From NCBI RefSeq assembly GCF_001187865.1, contig NZ_LGIT01000001.1, positions 42,554 through 106,553 of the forward strand: a DNA stretch of 64,000 nucleotides, written 5' to 3'. The notes below the pieces were generated by a model, which was given only the letters and a program-made list of their open reading frames with translations, ran no database searches and was not told the DNA's origin. The position numbers were made by a program, and so were the translations under genes. The stretch comes from Klebsiella sp. RIT-PI-d. GTDB taxonomy: Bacteria > Pseudomonadota > Gammaproteobacteria > Enterobacterales > Enterobacteriaceae. This document shows, one piece after another, positions 10,315 through 20,724 of this stretch; the stretch's first letter is position 1; each line of letters opens with the position of its first letter.

Positions 10315-10731
10315 TTATTCTCCTTGCAGAGTCGCGATAATTTTACGCGAACCGCCGTGAATACGATGCTCCCCTAACCAGATCCCCTGCCAGGTGCCAA
10401 GCTGTACGCGCCCATTTTGCACCGGCAACAGTAAGGATACCCCCAGCGTTGACGACTTAATATGCGAAGGCATGTCGTCTGCACCTTCATAATCATGTTC
10501 ATAAGGTGCGTTATCAGGAATGGTCCGCAAAAAATGCTGCTCCATGTCGCGTCGTACGCTCGGATCGCAATTTTCATTCAGGGTCAGAGAGGCGGAAGTG
10601 TGCTGAAGCAGCAGATGCAATAAACCGACGTTAACGCGTGCCAGATCGCGAAGTTGCCCCAGTATTTCATCCGTTACCAGGTGAAATCCACGCGGCTGCG
10701 CGTTTAACGTCAGGGTCTGCTGATACCACAT
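10315..10731 (-). CDS. yjbQ: YjbQ (UPF0047 family, 138 aa)
   Basis: 138-aa ORF matching YjbQ; synteny aphA-yjbQ-yjbR. Confidence 0.75.
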   Translation of the reverse strand: MWYQQTLTLNAQPRGFHLVTDEILGQLRDLARVNVGLLHLLLQHTSASLTLNENCDPSVRRDMEQHFLRTIPDNAPYEHDYEGADDMPSHIKSSTLGVSLLLPVQNGRVQLGTWQGIWLGEHRIHGGSRKIIATLQGE

Positions 10732-10840
10732 AGGCTGCTCCAGTAAGAAAGATGAATCTCTCTAAGTGTGCAGCAAGACGCCAAAAGGTAAACCCTGTAA
10801 CGTCTTTTTGTTTAAAAAAACAGCGAATCAGATCCGTAAA

Positions 10841-11554
10841 TTAGTATTCGGAGTTCGCAATAACTTCTTCGCCCAGCGCACCTGCCTGCGGCAAAGGTTT
10901 GTAAGTTGAGTTGGACGCGCGCAGTATGCGGATCGCTCGTGCACCCGTCTCCTGCGCGGCAGTCATGTCATTGTCCGAGTCACCGTAGAACACTTTGATT
11001 TGCTTATCTTTTAACCATTGTGTTTTGGTGTTCTGGCCCGCTTTGTCGCCGGCAAAAATAACCGGATTCATATTCTCCGCCGGAATAGCAAAATCGGTCT
11101 GTAGCGTTTTGGACACCGTTTCAGTCTGGGTCTGGCTGCGTCCGGTAATAAAATAAATACGGTCGCCGCGTTTAACATGCATGGCGATCAGCGCCCGCGC
11201 GACTTCTTTGGGAATACTGAACTCATCCCAGCCGTTATTCATCTTTTCCCAGAAGGCCGGGTTGTGCAGATACGCTTCACTGCCTGGCGAATACATTTCT
11301 TTGCCACGCCAGAAGCCGGGACTTGAGAACAGCACGGTATCATCAATATCGAACCCAACCGCTTCAGGTGGACGATCTTTCAGGCTATTTTCAATCTGTG
11401 CCACGGAGACCCAATGGATGGCGGCTTGTTCAGCCAGTCTGGCGACATTGGTACCTGCATCCTGCGGAGAAGGCGTCGAGGCGCGAGCCACAACAGTGCT
11501 GTTCAGTGCTAATGCCAGGCTGACGGCACCGAGCGCCATAATGATCTTACGCAT
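10841..11554 (-). CDS. aphA: Class B acid phosphatase/phosphotransferase AphA (237 aa, signal peptide)
   Basis: HAD-type DDDG motifs ([12 protein letters not shown]...; GDSDNDM) and N-terminal signal peptide; synteny with tyrB. Confidence 0.85.
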   Translation of the reverse strand: MRKIIMALGAVSLALALNSTVVARASTPSPQDAGTNVARLAEQAAIHWVSVAQIENSLKDRPPEAVGFDIDDTVLFSSPGFWRGKEMYSPGSEAYLHNPAFWEKMNNGWDEFSIPKEVARALIAMHVKRGDRIYFITGRSQTQTETVSKTLQTDFAIPAENMNPVIFAGDKAGQNTKTQWLKDKQIKVFYGDSDNDMTAAQETGARAIRILRASNSTYKPLPQAGALGEEVIANSEY

Positions 11555-11751
11555 TCATTTCCCTAACGTATCAGTGTGTTATACGACGAATGTGCGCCTA
11601 TTAAGCACGCTTTTTCAGACCTTAACCGCACAGGGCGATGATTGAAAGGTTTTTATCCGCTTTTGTGACAGACAGCATATCGTCTCAGGATGTGCGCATA
11701 TCCGCCTGCGGCGGGTAGTTCCACACACCCTGAGTAATAGTAAGTAAGTGC

Positions 11752-12945
11752 TTACATTACCGCTGCGAACGCTCGCGCAACGCGCTGGACGTTACGCGTA
11801 TTCAGCCCGGCAACGCACATCCGGCCGCTGGCGATAAGATATATGCCGAACTCATCACGCAGACGATCAACCTGAGTTTCGCTGAGACCGGTATAGCTGA
11901 ACATACCGCGCTGTTGCAAGAGATAGTCGAAATTGCGTTCCGGCGCGGCCTCTTTTAGCGCGGTAACCAGCGTCTGGCGCATCGTCAGGATACGCAGACG
12001 CATCTCTTCAACCTCTGCCAGCCAGCTGGCTTTAAGCGCCGCATCGCCCAGTACCGTCGACACGATCTGTGCGCCAAAATTAGGCGGGCTGGAGTAATTG
12101 CGACGCACGGTCGCCTTTAATTGCCCCAGTACCCGGGATGCCGCATCGGCATCGTCACAAATAACCGACAGCCCGCCAACTCGCTCACCGTACAGTGAAA
12201 AAATCTTGGAGAACGAATTACTGACCAGCGCAGGCAGCCCGGCGCTGGCAATCGCGCGGATAGCGTATGCATCTTCTTCCATTCCCGCCCCGAAGCCCTG
12301 ATAGGCAATATCAAGGAAAGGGATCAGCTGGCGTGTTTTCAGTACCTCGACCACCGCATCCCACTGATCGTTGGTAAGATCGGAGCCGGTCGGGTTATGA
12401 CAGCAAGGGTGGAGCAGGACAATACTCTGCGCAGGAAGCGTATTAAGCAGCGTCATAAACGCATCGACGCGAACGCCTTTGGTATTATCGTCAAACCAGG
12501 GGTACGTTTTTACCTCGAAACCTGCGCCCTCGAAAATGGCCACGTGATTATCCCAGGTCGGATCGCTAACCCAGACGCCGGAATCGGGGAAGTAGCGCTT
12601 AAGAAAATCGGCGCCGACTTTCAGTGCGCCAGATCCGCCGAGCGTCTGGATAGTGGCAACGCGATTTTGCGCCAGGACCGGATGTTCAGCGCCAAACAGA
12701 AGCGGTGCAATCGTGTGCCGGTAAGCATTCAGACCTTCCATCGGCAAATAAAGAGAGGCGCCGTGCGGCCTGGCGTTAAGCTGTGCTTCGGCCTCTGCCA
12801 CGGCATTAAGCTGCGGAATAATGCCGTCTTCGTTGTAATAGAGGCCAATGCTGAGGTTGATTTTGTCGCTGCGAGGATCGTCTTTGAAGCGCTCCATCAG
12901 GGAGAGAATCGGGTCGCCAGCGTAGGCGTCAACTTTCTGAAACAC
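11752..12945 (-). CDS. tyrB: Aromatic-amino-acid aminotransferase TyrB (397 aa)
   Basis: Full-length class I aminotransferase with PLP-lysine motif ([16 protein letters not shown]); high similarity to E. coli TyrB. Confidence 0.9.
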   Translation of the reverse strand: MFQKVDAYAGDPILSLMERFKDDPRSDKINLSIGLYYNEDGIIPQLNAVAEAEAQLNARPHGASLYLPMEGLNAYRHTIAPLLFGAEHPVLAQNRVATIQTLGGSGALKVGADFLKRYFPDSGVWVSDPTWDNHVAIFEGAGFEVKTYPWFDDNTKGVRVDAFMTLLNTLPAQSIVLLHPCCHNPTGSDLTNDQWDAVVEVLKTRQLIPFLDIAYQGFGAGMEEDAYAIRAIASAGLPALVSNSFSKIFSLYGERVGGLSVICDDADAASRVLGQLKATVRRNYSSPPNFGAQIVSTVLGDAALKASWLAEVEEMRLRILTMRQTLVTALKEAAPERNFDYLLQQRGMFSYTGLSETQVDRLRDEFGIYLIASGRMCVAGLNTRNVQRVARAFAAVM

Positions 12946-13015
12946 GTGGTGGTTCTCCAGGTTTACGGTCTGAGTGATCTACACAATAAACCAGCCTGGT
13001 AAGAGTTAACAGCGT

Positions 13016-14026
13016 TTAATGAAGCGTCGACAGATGGGCCTGGATTTGAGCAATACGGGCGGAAAGCGAGCCGTGAACACGGATAAACGGCAGGTTTCTG
13101 CGCGTCAATTCATGTTCATACCATGCCTGCTGCAAACGGCGAAAATCCTCACCCTGGCGCGTACCGTCCTGTACAAACTCAAAATCCACTGCGCACAGCA
13201 CAATCAGTGAGTACTCCCGCTCAGCAAGCTGGTGAAGTTCTTGCGGCGCATGGCCGAACTGATGAAAGGTATAAAACAATGTCGTTAGTGGTGAGGTATC
13301 ACAAACCAGATAGCGTTCGCTGCTCGCAGCCTGTTCACGCAGGGCCTGAGTACGGGCAATATGCAGAAGATCGTCATACCCTAACTCGCCCTGCTTTTCT
13401 TCCCAGTACTCGCGACCAAATTCGGCAACATAGCGGGTATTCAGCGCTTCCGCCAGCGCCTGTGAAAGCGTGCTTTTACCGGTAGATTCCCCGCCCAGCA
13501 GGCAAATGCGGAATACAAAATCACGATAAACGTCATCGGCCAGTAATGCACGATGGCGATGCACATCGGTGCGGATCAGCGTTCCGGAAGGGGCGTCAGC
13601 GGCCGTCCCGCGCTGTAGCCTGACGTGCGTGACAGGCTGACCAAAACGCGCACTCAGCACGGCGGCAAAACCGTCACCATAGTCTTCCCCGGTAAATACC
13701 GCTTCAGGGCGCTGTTGAAAAATCTGCTCGCAGACGGTGGCAACATAGTGACGATGGGTATCCGCCGGGGCGTCATTATGCGGAATGTCGGGCAATTGCC
13801 ACTGCTTTACCCGCTCAGGCGTGAGGACTACGGAGTGACACTGCGGAAAGCGCTGCTGCATCCAGCGCAGCCGTTTCTGTGGCTCGCAGCCCGGCAGTTC
13901 AGGCACGGAATAACTTAGCAGCAGGAGCGTTTCACACTGTGTCAGCGCTGTGTTGATCAGCGTTTCATGTCCGCAGTGCAAAGGGGCAAACTTGCCGACG
14001 ATAAGGCCAGTTGAAAAACGTTTCAT
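13016..14026 (-). CDS. NadR-like bifunctional NMN adenylyltransferase / ribosylnicotinamide kinase lacking the N-terminal HTH (about 336 aa from the ATGA-coupled start)
   Basis: HxGH motif (GKFAPLHCGHETL) plus P-loop (GGESTGKST); ATG overlaps stop of upstream pnuC-like gene (ATGA); ORF track alternative start 14056. Confidence 0.7.
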   Translation of the reverse strand: MKRFSTGLIVGKFAPLHCGHETLINTALTQCETLLLLSYSVPELPGCEPQKRLRWMQQRFPQCHSVVLTPERVKQWQLPDIPHNDAPADTHRHYVATVCEQIFQQRPEAVFTGEDYGDGFAAVLSARFGQPVTHVRLQRGTAADAPSGTLIRTDVHRHRALLADDVYRDFVFRICLLGGESTGKSTLSQALAEALNTRYVAEFGREYWEEKQGELGYDDLLHIARTQALREQAASSERYLVCDTSPLTTLFYTFHQFGHAPQELHQLAEREYSLIVLCAVDFEFVQDGTRQGEDFRRLQQAWYEHELTRRNLPFIRVHGSLSARIAQIQAHLSTLH

Positions 14027-14580
14027 TGCGCGCGCAGCTCTTTGCGCCATTTCCACAGTCCGTGCCAGGCATTAAACCAGAAAATGAGATACAGTCCTGC
14101 TGTCAGGCTCAGGCCCCGGTATGCATACAGCGGCACGGCAAGGGTATTAACCGCCAGCCAGACATACCAGTTTTCCAGGCGTCGCCCCATCAACATAAAT
14201 TGGGCCAGCACGCTGAACGTCAGGACTAGTGAATCCAGCCACGGTGACCAGGCGTTAGTAAAGGTATGCAGTAGCAGGCCATAACCTGTGGCCACCAGCA
14301 CCGCACCACCCAATAGCAGGAAAAGATGTCCCGCCCGGGTTTTACGAATAGGGAGGACGGCGCCACCATTGCCCTTCAGCCAGTGCCACCAGCCGGAAAT
14401 GCTGGCAATCACAAAAAAAACCTGGAGCGTGACGTCGGCGTAAAGCTGTACTGACCAGAATACCCAGCCGTATAAAACGCTGCCAATAATCCCTGTCCAC
14501 CAGGTGTGCATACTATTACGTGCTGCCAGCCACACTGAAATGGCGTAGCTGAGACAGGCGGCAATTTCTGACGCAGACAT
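14023..14580 (-). CDS. PnuC-family nicotinamide riboside transporter-like membrane protein (185 aa)
   Basis: Aligns with PnuC core (GWVFWSVQLYADVTLQVFFVIASISGWWHW vs E. coli FGIIFFQIQLYASLLLQVFFFAANIYGWYAW); starts 24 bp after alr stop. Confidence 0.7.
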   Translation of the reverse strand: MSASEIAACLSYAISVWLAARNSMHTWWTGIIGSVLYGWVFWSVQLYADVTLQVFFVIASISGWWHWLKGNGGAVLPIRKTRAGHLFLLLGGAVLVATGYGLLLHTFTNAWSPWLDSLVLTFSVLAQFMLMGRRLENWYVWLAVNTLAVPLYAYRGLSLTAGLYLIFWFNAWHGLWKWRKELRAQ

Positions 14581-14604
14581 ACTGGCCTCCCTGGAAAACC
14601 AGGA

Positions 14605-15684
14605 TTAATCGATATAATGCATTGCCACCCGCGAGGTCAGGCGCGTAATAAGTTCGTAAGCACTTACTTTCGTAATTTCAGCAATGCGTTCAACAGGTAA
14701 ACCATCGCCCCACATAATCACCGGATCGCCAGCGCGTTCGGTAGCGTCGGGACCTAAATCCACGCAGATCATATCCATGGCAACACGCCCGACAATCGGC
14801 ACTTCGCGACCGTTAATCAGCACCGGCGTGCCCGATGGTGCAACACGCGGGTAACCGTCGCCATACCCCATTGCGACCACCCCGAGACGGGTATTGCGAT
14901 TACTGATCCAGGTGCCGCCATAACCAACCGGCTCCCCGGCTTTGTGCTCACGCACGGCAATCAGGCTGGACGTCAGCGACATCACCGGCTGGAAACCAAA
15001 ATCCGGCCCCCAGGGTTTTTGCTCCAGCGGCGAGACGCCATAAAGAATAATTCCGGGTCGTACCCAGTCAAAATGCGCCTGCGGCCATAGCAAAATGCCG
15101 CCCGACGCCGCGATAGACCGCTGGCCCGGTTTACCGTCACAAAAGGTATTAAAGATATCAAGCTGCCTTTCCGTCGCGCCACATTCTGGCTCATCGGCCC
15201 GTGCGAAATGGCTGACCACATTGACCGGCTGGCGTACGTTTTTACATTGCGTCAGTCGCTGGTAAAACGCGTCGGCTTCTTCCGGGCGCACGCCCAGGCG
15301 GTGCATTCCGGTATCAAGCTTCATCCATACGGTGACCGGTTCACTCAGTTCGGCCTGCTCCAGCGCCTCAAGCTGTTCTGGATTATGGACAGCCGTATGC
15401 AGATGCTGCGCGGCAATCGTCGGTAAATCGGCAGCATTGAAAAAGCCTTCAAGCAGCAGGACAGGCTGAGTAATTCCTCCTGCCCGCAGTCGCAGGGCCT
15501 CTTCAAGACGCGCAACGCCGAAAGCGTCAGCGTCGGGAAGCGTTCGCGCGGTCTCCAGAAGACCGTGTCCGTAGGCGTTCGCTTTCACCACCGCAACCAG
15601 CTTGCTGGCCGGAGCCAGTTCGCGCAAACGTTGCAAGTTGTGTCGCAGAGCGCGGCGGTTAATCACAACAGTTGCCGCTTGCAT
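14605..15684 (-). CDS. alr: Alanine racemase, biosynthetic (359 aa)
   Basis: PLP-lysine motif [10 protein letters not shown]; synteny dnaB-alr. Confidence 0.9.
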   Translation of the reverse strand: MQAATVVINRRALRHNLQRLRELAPASKLVAVVKANAYGHGLLETARTLPDADAFGVARLEEALRLRAGGITQPVLLLEGFFNAADLPTIAAQHLHTAVHNPEQLEALEQAELSEPVTVWMKLDTGMHRLGVRPEEADAFYQRLTQCKNVRQPVNVVSHFARADEPECGATERQLDIFNTFCDGKPGQRSIAASGGILLWPQAHFDWVRPGIILYGVSPLEQKPWGPDFGFQPVMSLTSSLIAVREHKAGEPVGYGGTWISNRNTRLGVVAMGYGDGYPRVAPSGTPVLINGREVPIVGRVAMDMICVDLGPDATERAGDPVIMWGDGLPVERIAEITKVSAYELITRLTSRVAMHYID

Positions 15685-15722
15685 ATATATTCCTTGATAA
15701 ATGTGTGCTTTTACGCGCTAAA

Positions 15723-17129
15723 TTATTCGTCGTCGTACTGCGGTCCGGCGTAATTATCAAAACGCGACCACTGGCCGTTAAAGGTCAGGCGCACCGTCCC
15801 GATGGGGCCGTTACGCTGCTTGCCGAGAATGATTTCGGCAATGCCCTTTAAGTCGCTGTTCTCGTGATAAACCTCGTCACGATAGATAAACATGATTAAG
15901 TCGGCATCCTGCTCAATGGAGCCGGACTCACGCAGATCGGAGTTAACCGGACGTTTATCGGCGCGCTGTTCAAGCGAACGGTTCAGCTGTGACAGCGCCA
16001 CCACCGGCACCTGTAGCTCTTTTGCCAGGGCTTTCAGCGAGCGGGAGATTTCAGCGATCTCCAGCGTACGGTTATCGGAGAGCGACGGAACGCGCATCAG
16101 CTGGAGATAGTCGATCATGATCAAACTTAGCCCGCCGTGCTCGCGGAAAATACGCCGCGCGCGGGAGCGGACTTCGGTCGGAGTCAGGCCGGAAGAGTCA
16201 TCAATATACATATTGCGCTTTTCAAGCAGGATACCCATAGTGCCGGAAATGCGCGCCCAGTCTTCGTCATCGAGCTGGCCGGTACGAATACGCGTCTGAT
16301 CCACCCGCGAGAGCGAGGCCAGCATACGCATCATGATCTGTTCACCGGGCATCTCCAGACTGAAGATTAATACCGGTTTATCCTGCAACATCGCCGCATT
16401 TTCGCAAAGGTTCATCGCGAAAGTGGTCTTACCCATTGAGGGACGGGCGGCGACAATAATCAAATCTGAACGCTGTAAACCTGCGGTTTTCTTATTTAAA
16501 TCCTGATAACCGGTATCCACGCCGGTCACGCCATCGTGCGGCTGCTGAAATAGCGTTTCGATGCGCGCAATGGTGGCGTCGAGGATCTGATCGATACTCT
16601 TCGGCCCTTCCTCTTTATTAGCGCGATTTTCGGCAATCTGAAAGACACGGGATTCAGCGAGATCGAGCAACTCATCGCTACTGCGACCCTGCGGATCGTA
16701 GCCTGCATCGGCGATTTCATTGGCCACCGAAATCATGTCGCGAACCACGGCACGTTCGCGCACGATATCCGCATAGGCGCTGATGTTAGCCGCACTTGGC
16801 GTATTTTTAGACAATTCCGCCAGGTAGGCAAAACCGCCTACGCTGTCCAGTTGCCCCTGCTGCTCAAGCGACTCAGCAAGGGTAATCAGGTCGATGGGTT
16901 TTCCCATCTCCTGCAAACGGTGCATTTCGGTAAAGATGTGCCGGTGCGGCCGGGTATAGAAGTCGTCCGCTACCACACGTTCGGCCACATCGTCCCAGCG
17001 TTCGTTATCCAGCATCAAACCACCCAACACCGACTGTTCCGCTTCAATCGAGTGCGGTGGCATTTTAAGCCCGGCGACCTGCGGGTCGCGAGGTTCAGTC
17101 TGTTTGTTGAAGGGTTTATTTCCTGCCAT
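15723..17129 (-). CDS. dnaB: Replicative DNA helicase DnaB (468 aa)
   Basis: Full-length DnaB with Walker A (GKTTFAMN) and RecA-like C-terminal domain. Confidence 0.95.
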   Translation of the reverse strand: MAGNKPFNKQTEPRDPQVAGLKMPPHSIEAEQSVLGGLMLDNERWDDVAERVVADDFYTRPHRHIFTEMHRLQEMGKPIDLITLAESLEQQGQLDSVGGFAYLAELSKNTPSAANISAYADIVRERAVVRDMISVANEIADAGYDPQGRSSDELLDLAESRVFQIAENRANKEEGPKSIDQILDATIARIETLFQQPHDGVTGVDTGYQDLNKKTAGLQRSDLIIVAARPSMGKTTFAMNLCENAAMLQDKPVLIFSLEMPGEQIMMRMLASLSRVDQTRIRTGQLDDEDWARISGTMGILLEKRNMYIDDSSGLTPTEVRSRARRIFREHGGLSLIMIDYLQLMRVPSLSDNRTLEIAEISRSLKALAKELQVPVVALSQLNRSLEQRADKRPVNSDLRESGSIEQDADLIMFIYRDEVYHENSDLKGIAEIILGKQRNGPIGTVRLTFNGQWSRFDNYAGPQYDDE

Positions 17130-17192
17130 AGTGAATGGAGTTACCGAGATAATGAATGGGTCGAAAGATTATCACATTGTTCAGGAGGAAGC

Positions 17193-18176
17193 ATGGCAAC
17201 ACGCATTGAATTTAGTCAGCACGGCGGACCGGAAGTGTTGCAGGCGGTAGAGTTTACGCCAGTCGATCCGGCAGAAAATGAGATTCAGGTTGAGAATAAG
17301 GCGATCGGGATTAATTACATTGATACCTATGTTCGCAGCGGACTGTATCCACCGCCGACGCTGCCCAGCGGCTTAGGCACTGAGGCGGCAGGCGTGGTGA
17401 GTAAAGTGGGCCGTGGCGTGACTGATATCAAGCCCGGCGATCGTGTGGTCTATGCCCAGTCCGCACTCGGCGCTTACAGCTCAGTGCATAACGTTCCTGC
17501 GGATAAAGCGGCGATCCTGCCGGATGCCATCTCCTTCGAGCAGGCTGCCGCCTCCTTTCTTAAGGGGCTGACCGTTTTTTATCTGCTGCGCAAAACATAT
17601 GAAATCAAACCGGAAGAAATTTTTCTGTTTCACGCCGCTGCCGGCGGTGTAGGGCTTATTGCCTGCCAGTGGGCAAAAGCGCTGGGTGCAAAACTTATTG
17701 GCACCGTTGGCTCCGCTGAAAAAGCGCAGCGTGCGAAACAGGCCGGTGCCTGGCAGATCATTAACTATCGTGAAGAGAACCTCGTTGAGCGCGTAAAAGA
17801 ACTCACTGACGGTAAGAAGGTCCGGGTGGTATACGATTCTGTCGGTAAAGATACCTGGGAATCTTCGCTGGACTGCCTCCAGCGTCATGGCCTGATGGTC
17901 AGCTTTGGTAATTCATCTGGTCCTGTCACCGGCGTGAATCTCGGCATTCTTAATCAGAAAGGCTCGCTTTTTGCGACCCGCCCTTCACTTCAGGGCTATA
18001 TCACCAACCGCGAAGAACTGACGGAAGCCAGTAATGAACTGTTTTCGCTGATCGCCAGCGGGGTGATTAACGTGGATGTTGCAGAAGGACAGAAATTTGC
18101 GTTAACGGATGCGCAGAAAGCGCATGAAACGCTGGAAAGCCGGGCGACGCAGGGTTCAAGCCTGCTGATCCCCTGA
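17193..18176 (+). CDS. qor: NADPH:quinone oxidoreductase Qor (327 aa); true start MATRIEFSQHGG (ORF-track 441-aa form is an artefactual 5' extension)
   Basis: Zeta-crystallin/MDR family, GxGxxG (AAAGGVG); RBS GGAGGAA 8 nt upstream of ATG at 17193. Confidence 0.9.
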   Translation: MATRIEFSQHGGPEVLQAVEFTPVDPAENEIQVENKAIGINYIDTYVRSGLYPPPTLPSGLGTEAAGVVSKVGRGVTDIKPGDRVVYAQSALGAYSSVHNVPADKAAILPDAISFEQAAASFLKGLTVFYLLRKTYEIKPEEIFLFHAAAGGVGLIACQWAKALGAKLIGTVGSAEKAQRAKQAGAWQIINYREENLVERVKELTDGKKVRVVYDSVGKDTWESSLDCLQRHGLMVSFGNSSGPVTGVNLGILNQKGSLFATRPSLQGYITNREELTEASNELFSLIASGVINVDVAEGQKFALTDAQKAHETLESRATQGSSLLIP

Positions 18177-18183
18177 AAAGTTT

Positions 18184-18217
18184 AGGGCTTCCACAACGGA
18201 AGCCCTTACTTTTTTTG
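18184..18217 (+). terminator. Rho-independent terminator of qor (AGGGCTTCC-acaa-GGAAGCCCT + T7)
   Basis: 9-bp perfect stem followed by TTTTTTT, 8 nt after qor stop. Confidence 0.65.
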
Positions 18218-18339
18218 TTCGGCCGTATGTAGGGTACAGCTCGATGAATTCGTTAGTCGGATAATAATGACAGATTTAGCAGGCAAATCCTACGCGATTC
18301 TGGGCAAAAGTGCTGGGGTTGTGATCCCCTGCACATTCC

Positions 18340-18585
18340 TTAGTAACGAGAACGTTTATTGCACTGATATTTCGGTAATTTTGGCGTTTTTATCAGTCGA
18401 ACTACCCACACTATCGCTACGGCCAGTAGCAGCCACGGAAGCAGTTTAATCACCAGCGCGAATAGCCCTCCGACAAACATCAGCATCGTCGCGACAAATA
18501 GCGCGGCGATGATGCCCAGTAGCGAAACGCCGGTCATTAACAGCACCACGAAAAAGCCGATAATAAACAGTATTTCCAGCATCAT
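18340..18585 (-). CDS. pspG: Phage-shock protein G PspG (81 aa, membrane)
   Basis: Strong similarity to E. coli PspG (MLELLFVIGFFV...KYQ...RY). Confidence 0.8.
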   Translation of the reverse strand: MMLEILFIIGFFVVLLMTGVSLLGIIAALFVATMLMFVGGLFALVIKLLPWLLLAVAIVWVVRLIKTPKLPKYQCNKRSRY

Positions 18586-18619
18586 TATCCCTCCAAAAAT
18601 TGAGCCTCTGGTTGAATAT

Positions 18620-18636
18620 ATACAAAAATCATGCCA
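18620..18636 (-). promoter_or_regulatory. Candidate sigma-54 promoter of pspG (TGGCATGATTTTTGTAT; -24 GG / -12 GT)
   Basis: GG-N10-G(T) spacing ~35 nt upstream of pspG ATG; pspG is known to be sigma-54/PspF dependent in E. coli; -12 element imperfect. Confidence 0.35.
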
Positions 18637-18717
18637 GATTTAACACATTGATTTTATAGCAAAACGCCCCGCGAAAAGGTGCGAGGCGTGGTGAAATTGA
18701 CGATATTTTAGTGAAGG

Positions 18718-19725
18718 TTAACGCTTGTCGGCGACCAGTCTTAACGCCTGTTCTAACACCTCAATGTCAGCTCCCGCTTTATGCGCATTTTCACTCAGAT
18801 AACGACGCCACTGGCGGGCACCGGGAATGCCCTGAAACAGTCCCAGCATATGACGTGTGATATGCCCAAGCCAGGTTCCCTGACTAAGCTCGCGTTCAAT
18901 ATAGGGGTACATGGCGCGGACGGTAGCAACCGGATCGGTATCCGCTCCCACAGCGTTAAAAATTTCCCGGTCTACTGACGTGAGGATGCCCGGATTCTGG
19001 TACGCCTCGCGCCCGATCATAACGCCGTCCATATGCTGAAGATGCGCTTTAGCCTCTTCCAGCGACTTAATGCCGCCGTTAATGGCCATCGTCAGGTGCG
19101 GGAAATCGCGCTTAAGCTGATAAACGCGCGGGTAATCCAGCGGTGGGATCTCACGGTTTTCTTTTGGACTGAGGCCGGAAAGCCAGGCTTTACGGGCGTG
19201 AATGATAAACATCTCACATTCACCCCTGCCGGAGACAGTATCAATAAACTGGCACAGGAATTCATAGCTATCCTGATCGTCAATGCCAATACGTGTTTTC
19301 ACCGTAACCGGTATAGACACCACGTCGCGCATCGCTTTGACACAATCCGCTACCAGCGCCGCATTGCCCATCAGGCAGGCACCAAACATGCCATTTTGTA
19401 CCCGATCCGAAGGACAACCAACGTTAAGATTGATTTCATCATAGCCGCGCGCTTCTGCAAGCTTTGCACACTGTGCCAGCGCCGCCGGATCGCTGCCGCC
19501 CAGCTGGAGCGCCAGCGGATGTTCCTCTTCGCTGTAGGCCAGGTAATCGCCTTTGCCGTGAATAATGGCGCCGGTAGTGACCATTTCGGTATACAGCAAC
19601 GTCTGCCGGGACAGCAGTCGCAGAAAATAGCGGCAGTGCCTGTCCGTCCAGTCGAGCATCGGTGCAATAGAGAAGCGATGTGCAGGAAATTCACAGGCTT
19701 GATTCGGATTAGGATTCAGGTGCAT
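18718..19725 (-). CDS. dusA: tRNA-dihydrouridine synthase A DusA (335 aa)
   Basis: Dus family ([14 protein letters not shown]...); synteny. Confidence 0.9.
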   Translation of the reverse strand: MHLNPNPNQACEFPAHRFSIAPMLDWTDRHCRYFLRLLSRQTLLYTEMVTTGAIIHGKGDYLAYSEEEHPLALQLGGSDPAALAQCAKLAEARGYDEINLNVGCPSDRVQNGMFGACLMGNAALVADCVKAMRDVVSIPVTVKTRIGIDDQDSYEFLCQFIDTVSGRGECEMFIIHARKAWLSGLSPKENREIPPLDYPRVYQLKRDFPHLTMAINGGIKSLEEAKAHLQHMDGVMIGREAYQNPGILTSVDREIFNAVGADTDPVATVRAMYPYIERELSQGTWLGHITRHMLGLFQGIPGARQWRRYLSENAHKAGADIEVLEQALRLVADKR

Positions 19726-19850
19726 TTTGAGATCACTGGCAGAGTTTTGATAAGCCTGAACAGCGAAGCGTCGTGTTACAGGTCGAGCCGTCTACTATAT
19801 CACAGAGACGGTGTTTCGCGCTGGCCGCTTTCGAAGGCCAGCTGAAATGA

Positions 19851-20177
19851 TTAAATGGCTTTAAGCTGGTCGATGATGAAAGGATTCATTTTTAGCAGCA
19901 GTAGCAGTTTTCTGGGCGCACCAGTAGGCTGTCGGCGTTGAGTTTCCCAACTTTTCACCAGATCGTAACTTACCCCGACGGCCATCGCAAAATCTTGTTG
20001 TTTTAATCCAGTGGTTTCGCGTATGGCTTTAACGTCGATAGCGGTAAATGTATGAACATAATCAGGCTCAGGGGTCTGTTCACCCTTTTCAATTCTGACC
20101 ATCTGTTCTGCACTCGCCAGCAGATCGGCAAATAACTTATCTTCCATCAGTATCTCCTCACTCTCATTGCGCCGCAT
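19851..20177 (-). CDS. HigA2-like XRE-family HTH antitoxin (about 100-108 aa)
   Basis: HTH region (IRETTGLKQQDFAMAVGVSYDLVKSWETQRRQPTGAPRKLL) resembling V. cholerae HigA-2; downstream of toxin gene. Confidence 0.7.
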   Translation of the reverse strand: MRRNESEEILMEDKLFADLLASAEQMVRIEKGEQTPEPDYVHTFTAIDVKAIRETTGLKQQDFAMAVGVSYDLVKSWETQRRQPTGAPRKLLLLLKMNPFIIDQLKAI

Positions 20178-20216
20178 CGGACTAGTTGCTTGATAAAAAG
20201 TTATAGGTCATCAGCA

Positions 20217-20534
20217 TTAAACCAACATGTCAGATAAGTGTTTTAGCGCCTTCTTTTGATCCTCGGTCAAGTCATCTTGCTCATTTTTAGAATAAATTAA
20301 CGCCAGATAAATTCGTCCCCTATGTGTAATTGCATAATAAATAACGCGTACACCGCCGCGTTTTCCCATTCCTGGTCGACTCCAGCGGATTTTACGAAAT
20401 CCACCAGTTCCGATAATAATGTCTCCCGTTTCGGGATCTTCAATCAGAAGCTCCTGGAATTCACGAAACTCTTCATCTGGTAAAAGCGTTTTTCTTCGCT
20501 TACTGAATCCATGAAGCTCAATAAAGGTAAACAT
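20217..20534 (-). CDS. HigB2-like RelE/ParE-superfamily mRNA interferase toxin (about 105 aa; start MFTFIELHGF; ORF-track 5' extension judged spurious)
   Basis: GTGGFRKIRW..GKRGGVRVIYY..RIYLALIYSKNEQDDL motif closely parallels V. cholerae HigB-2. Confidence 0.7.
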   Translation of the reverse strand: MFTFIELHGFSKRRKTLLPDEEFREFQELLIEDPETGDIIIGTGGFRKIRWSRPGMGKRGGVRVIYYAITHRGRIYLALIYSKNEQDDLTEDQKKALKHLSDMLV

Positions 20535-20603
20535 CTTAGTCCCTGATGTTAGTTTTATGCACAGATGCTTTGTGTGTACCGTGTACATAAAATAGCACAT
20601 AAA

Positions 20604-20618
20604 ATGTACCTGGTACAT
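20604..20618. promoter_or_regulatory. 15-bp palindrome ATGTACCTGGTACAT (putative HigA operator) within a GTAC-rich promoter region
   Basis: Near-perfect inverted repeat ~70 nt upstream of the toxin start, flanked by further GTAC-containing repeats. Confidence 0.4.
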
Positions 20619-20724
20619 GCACTTCCTGTGTTTAATGCTTATCTGGTACTACCTTTTCTATATTGAACATGCACACGGTAGAACATGGTAAACTATCTCT
20701 CTGTTTTTCCCCTTTGAGGATGCT

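Noticed and set aside
12946-13015. TyrR box upstream of tyrB
   Set aside because: Only a loose TGTA...TAAAC resemblance was found. The spacing does not fit TGTAAA-N6-TTTACA convincingly.
16851-18176. 441-aa plus-strand ORF suggesting a much longer qor product
   Set aside because: The first ~114 codons are antisense to the dnaB 5' end and not homologous to Qor. The Qor homology begins at MATRIEFSQ (ATG 17193), which has a good RBS.
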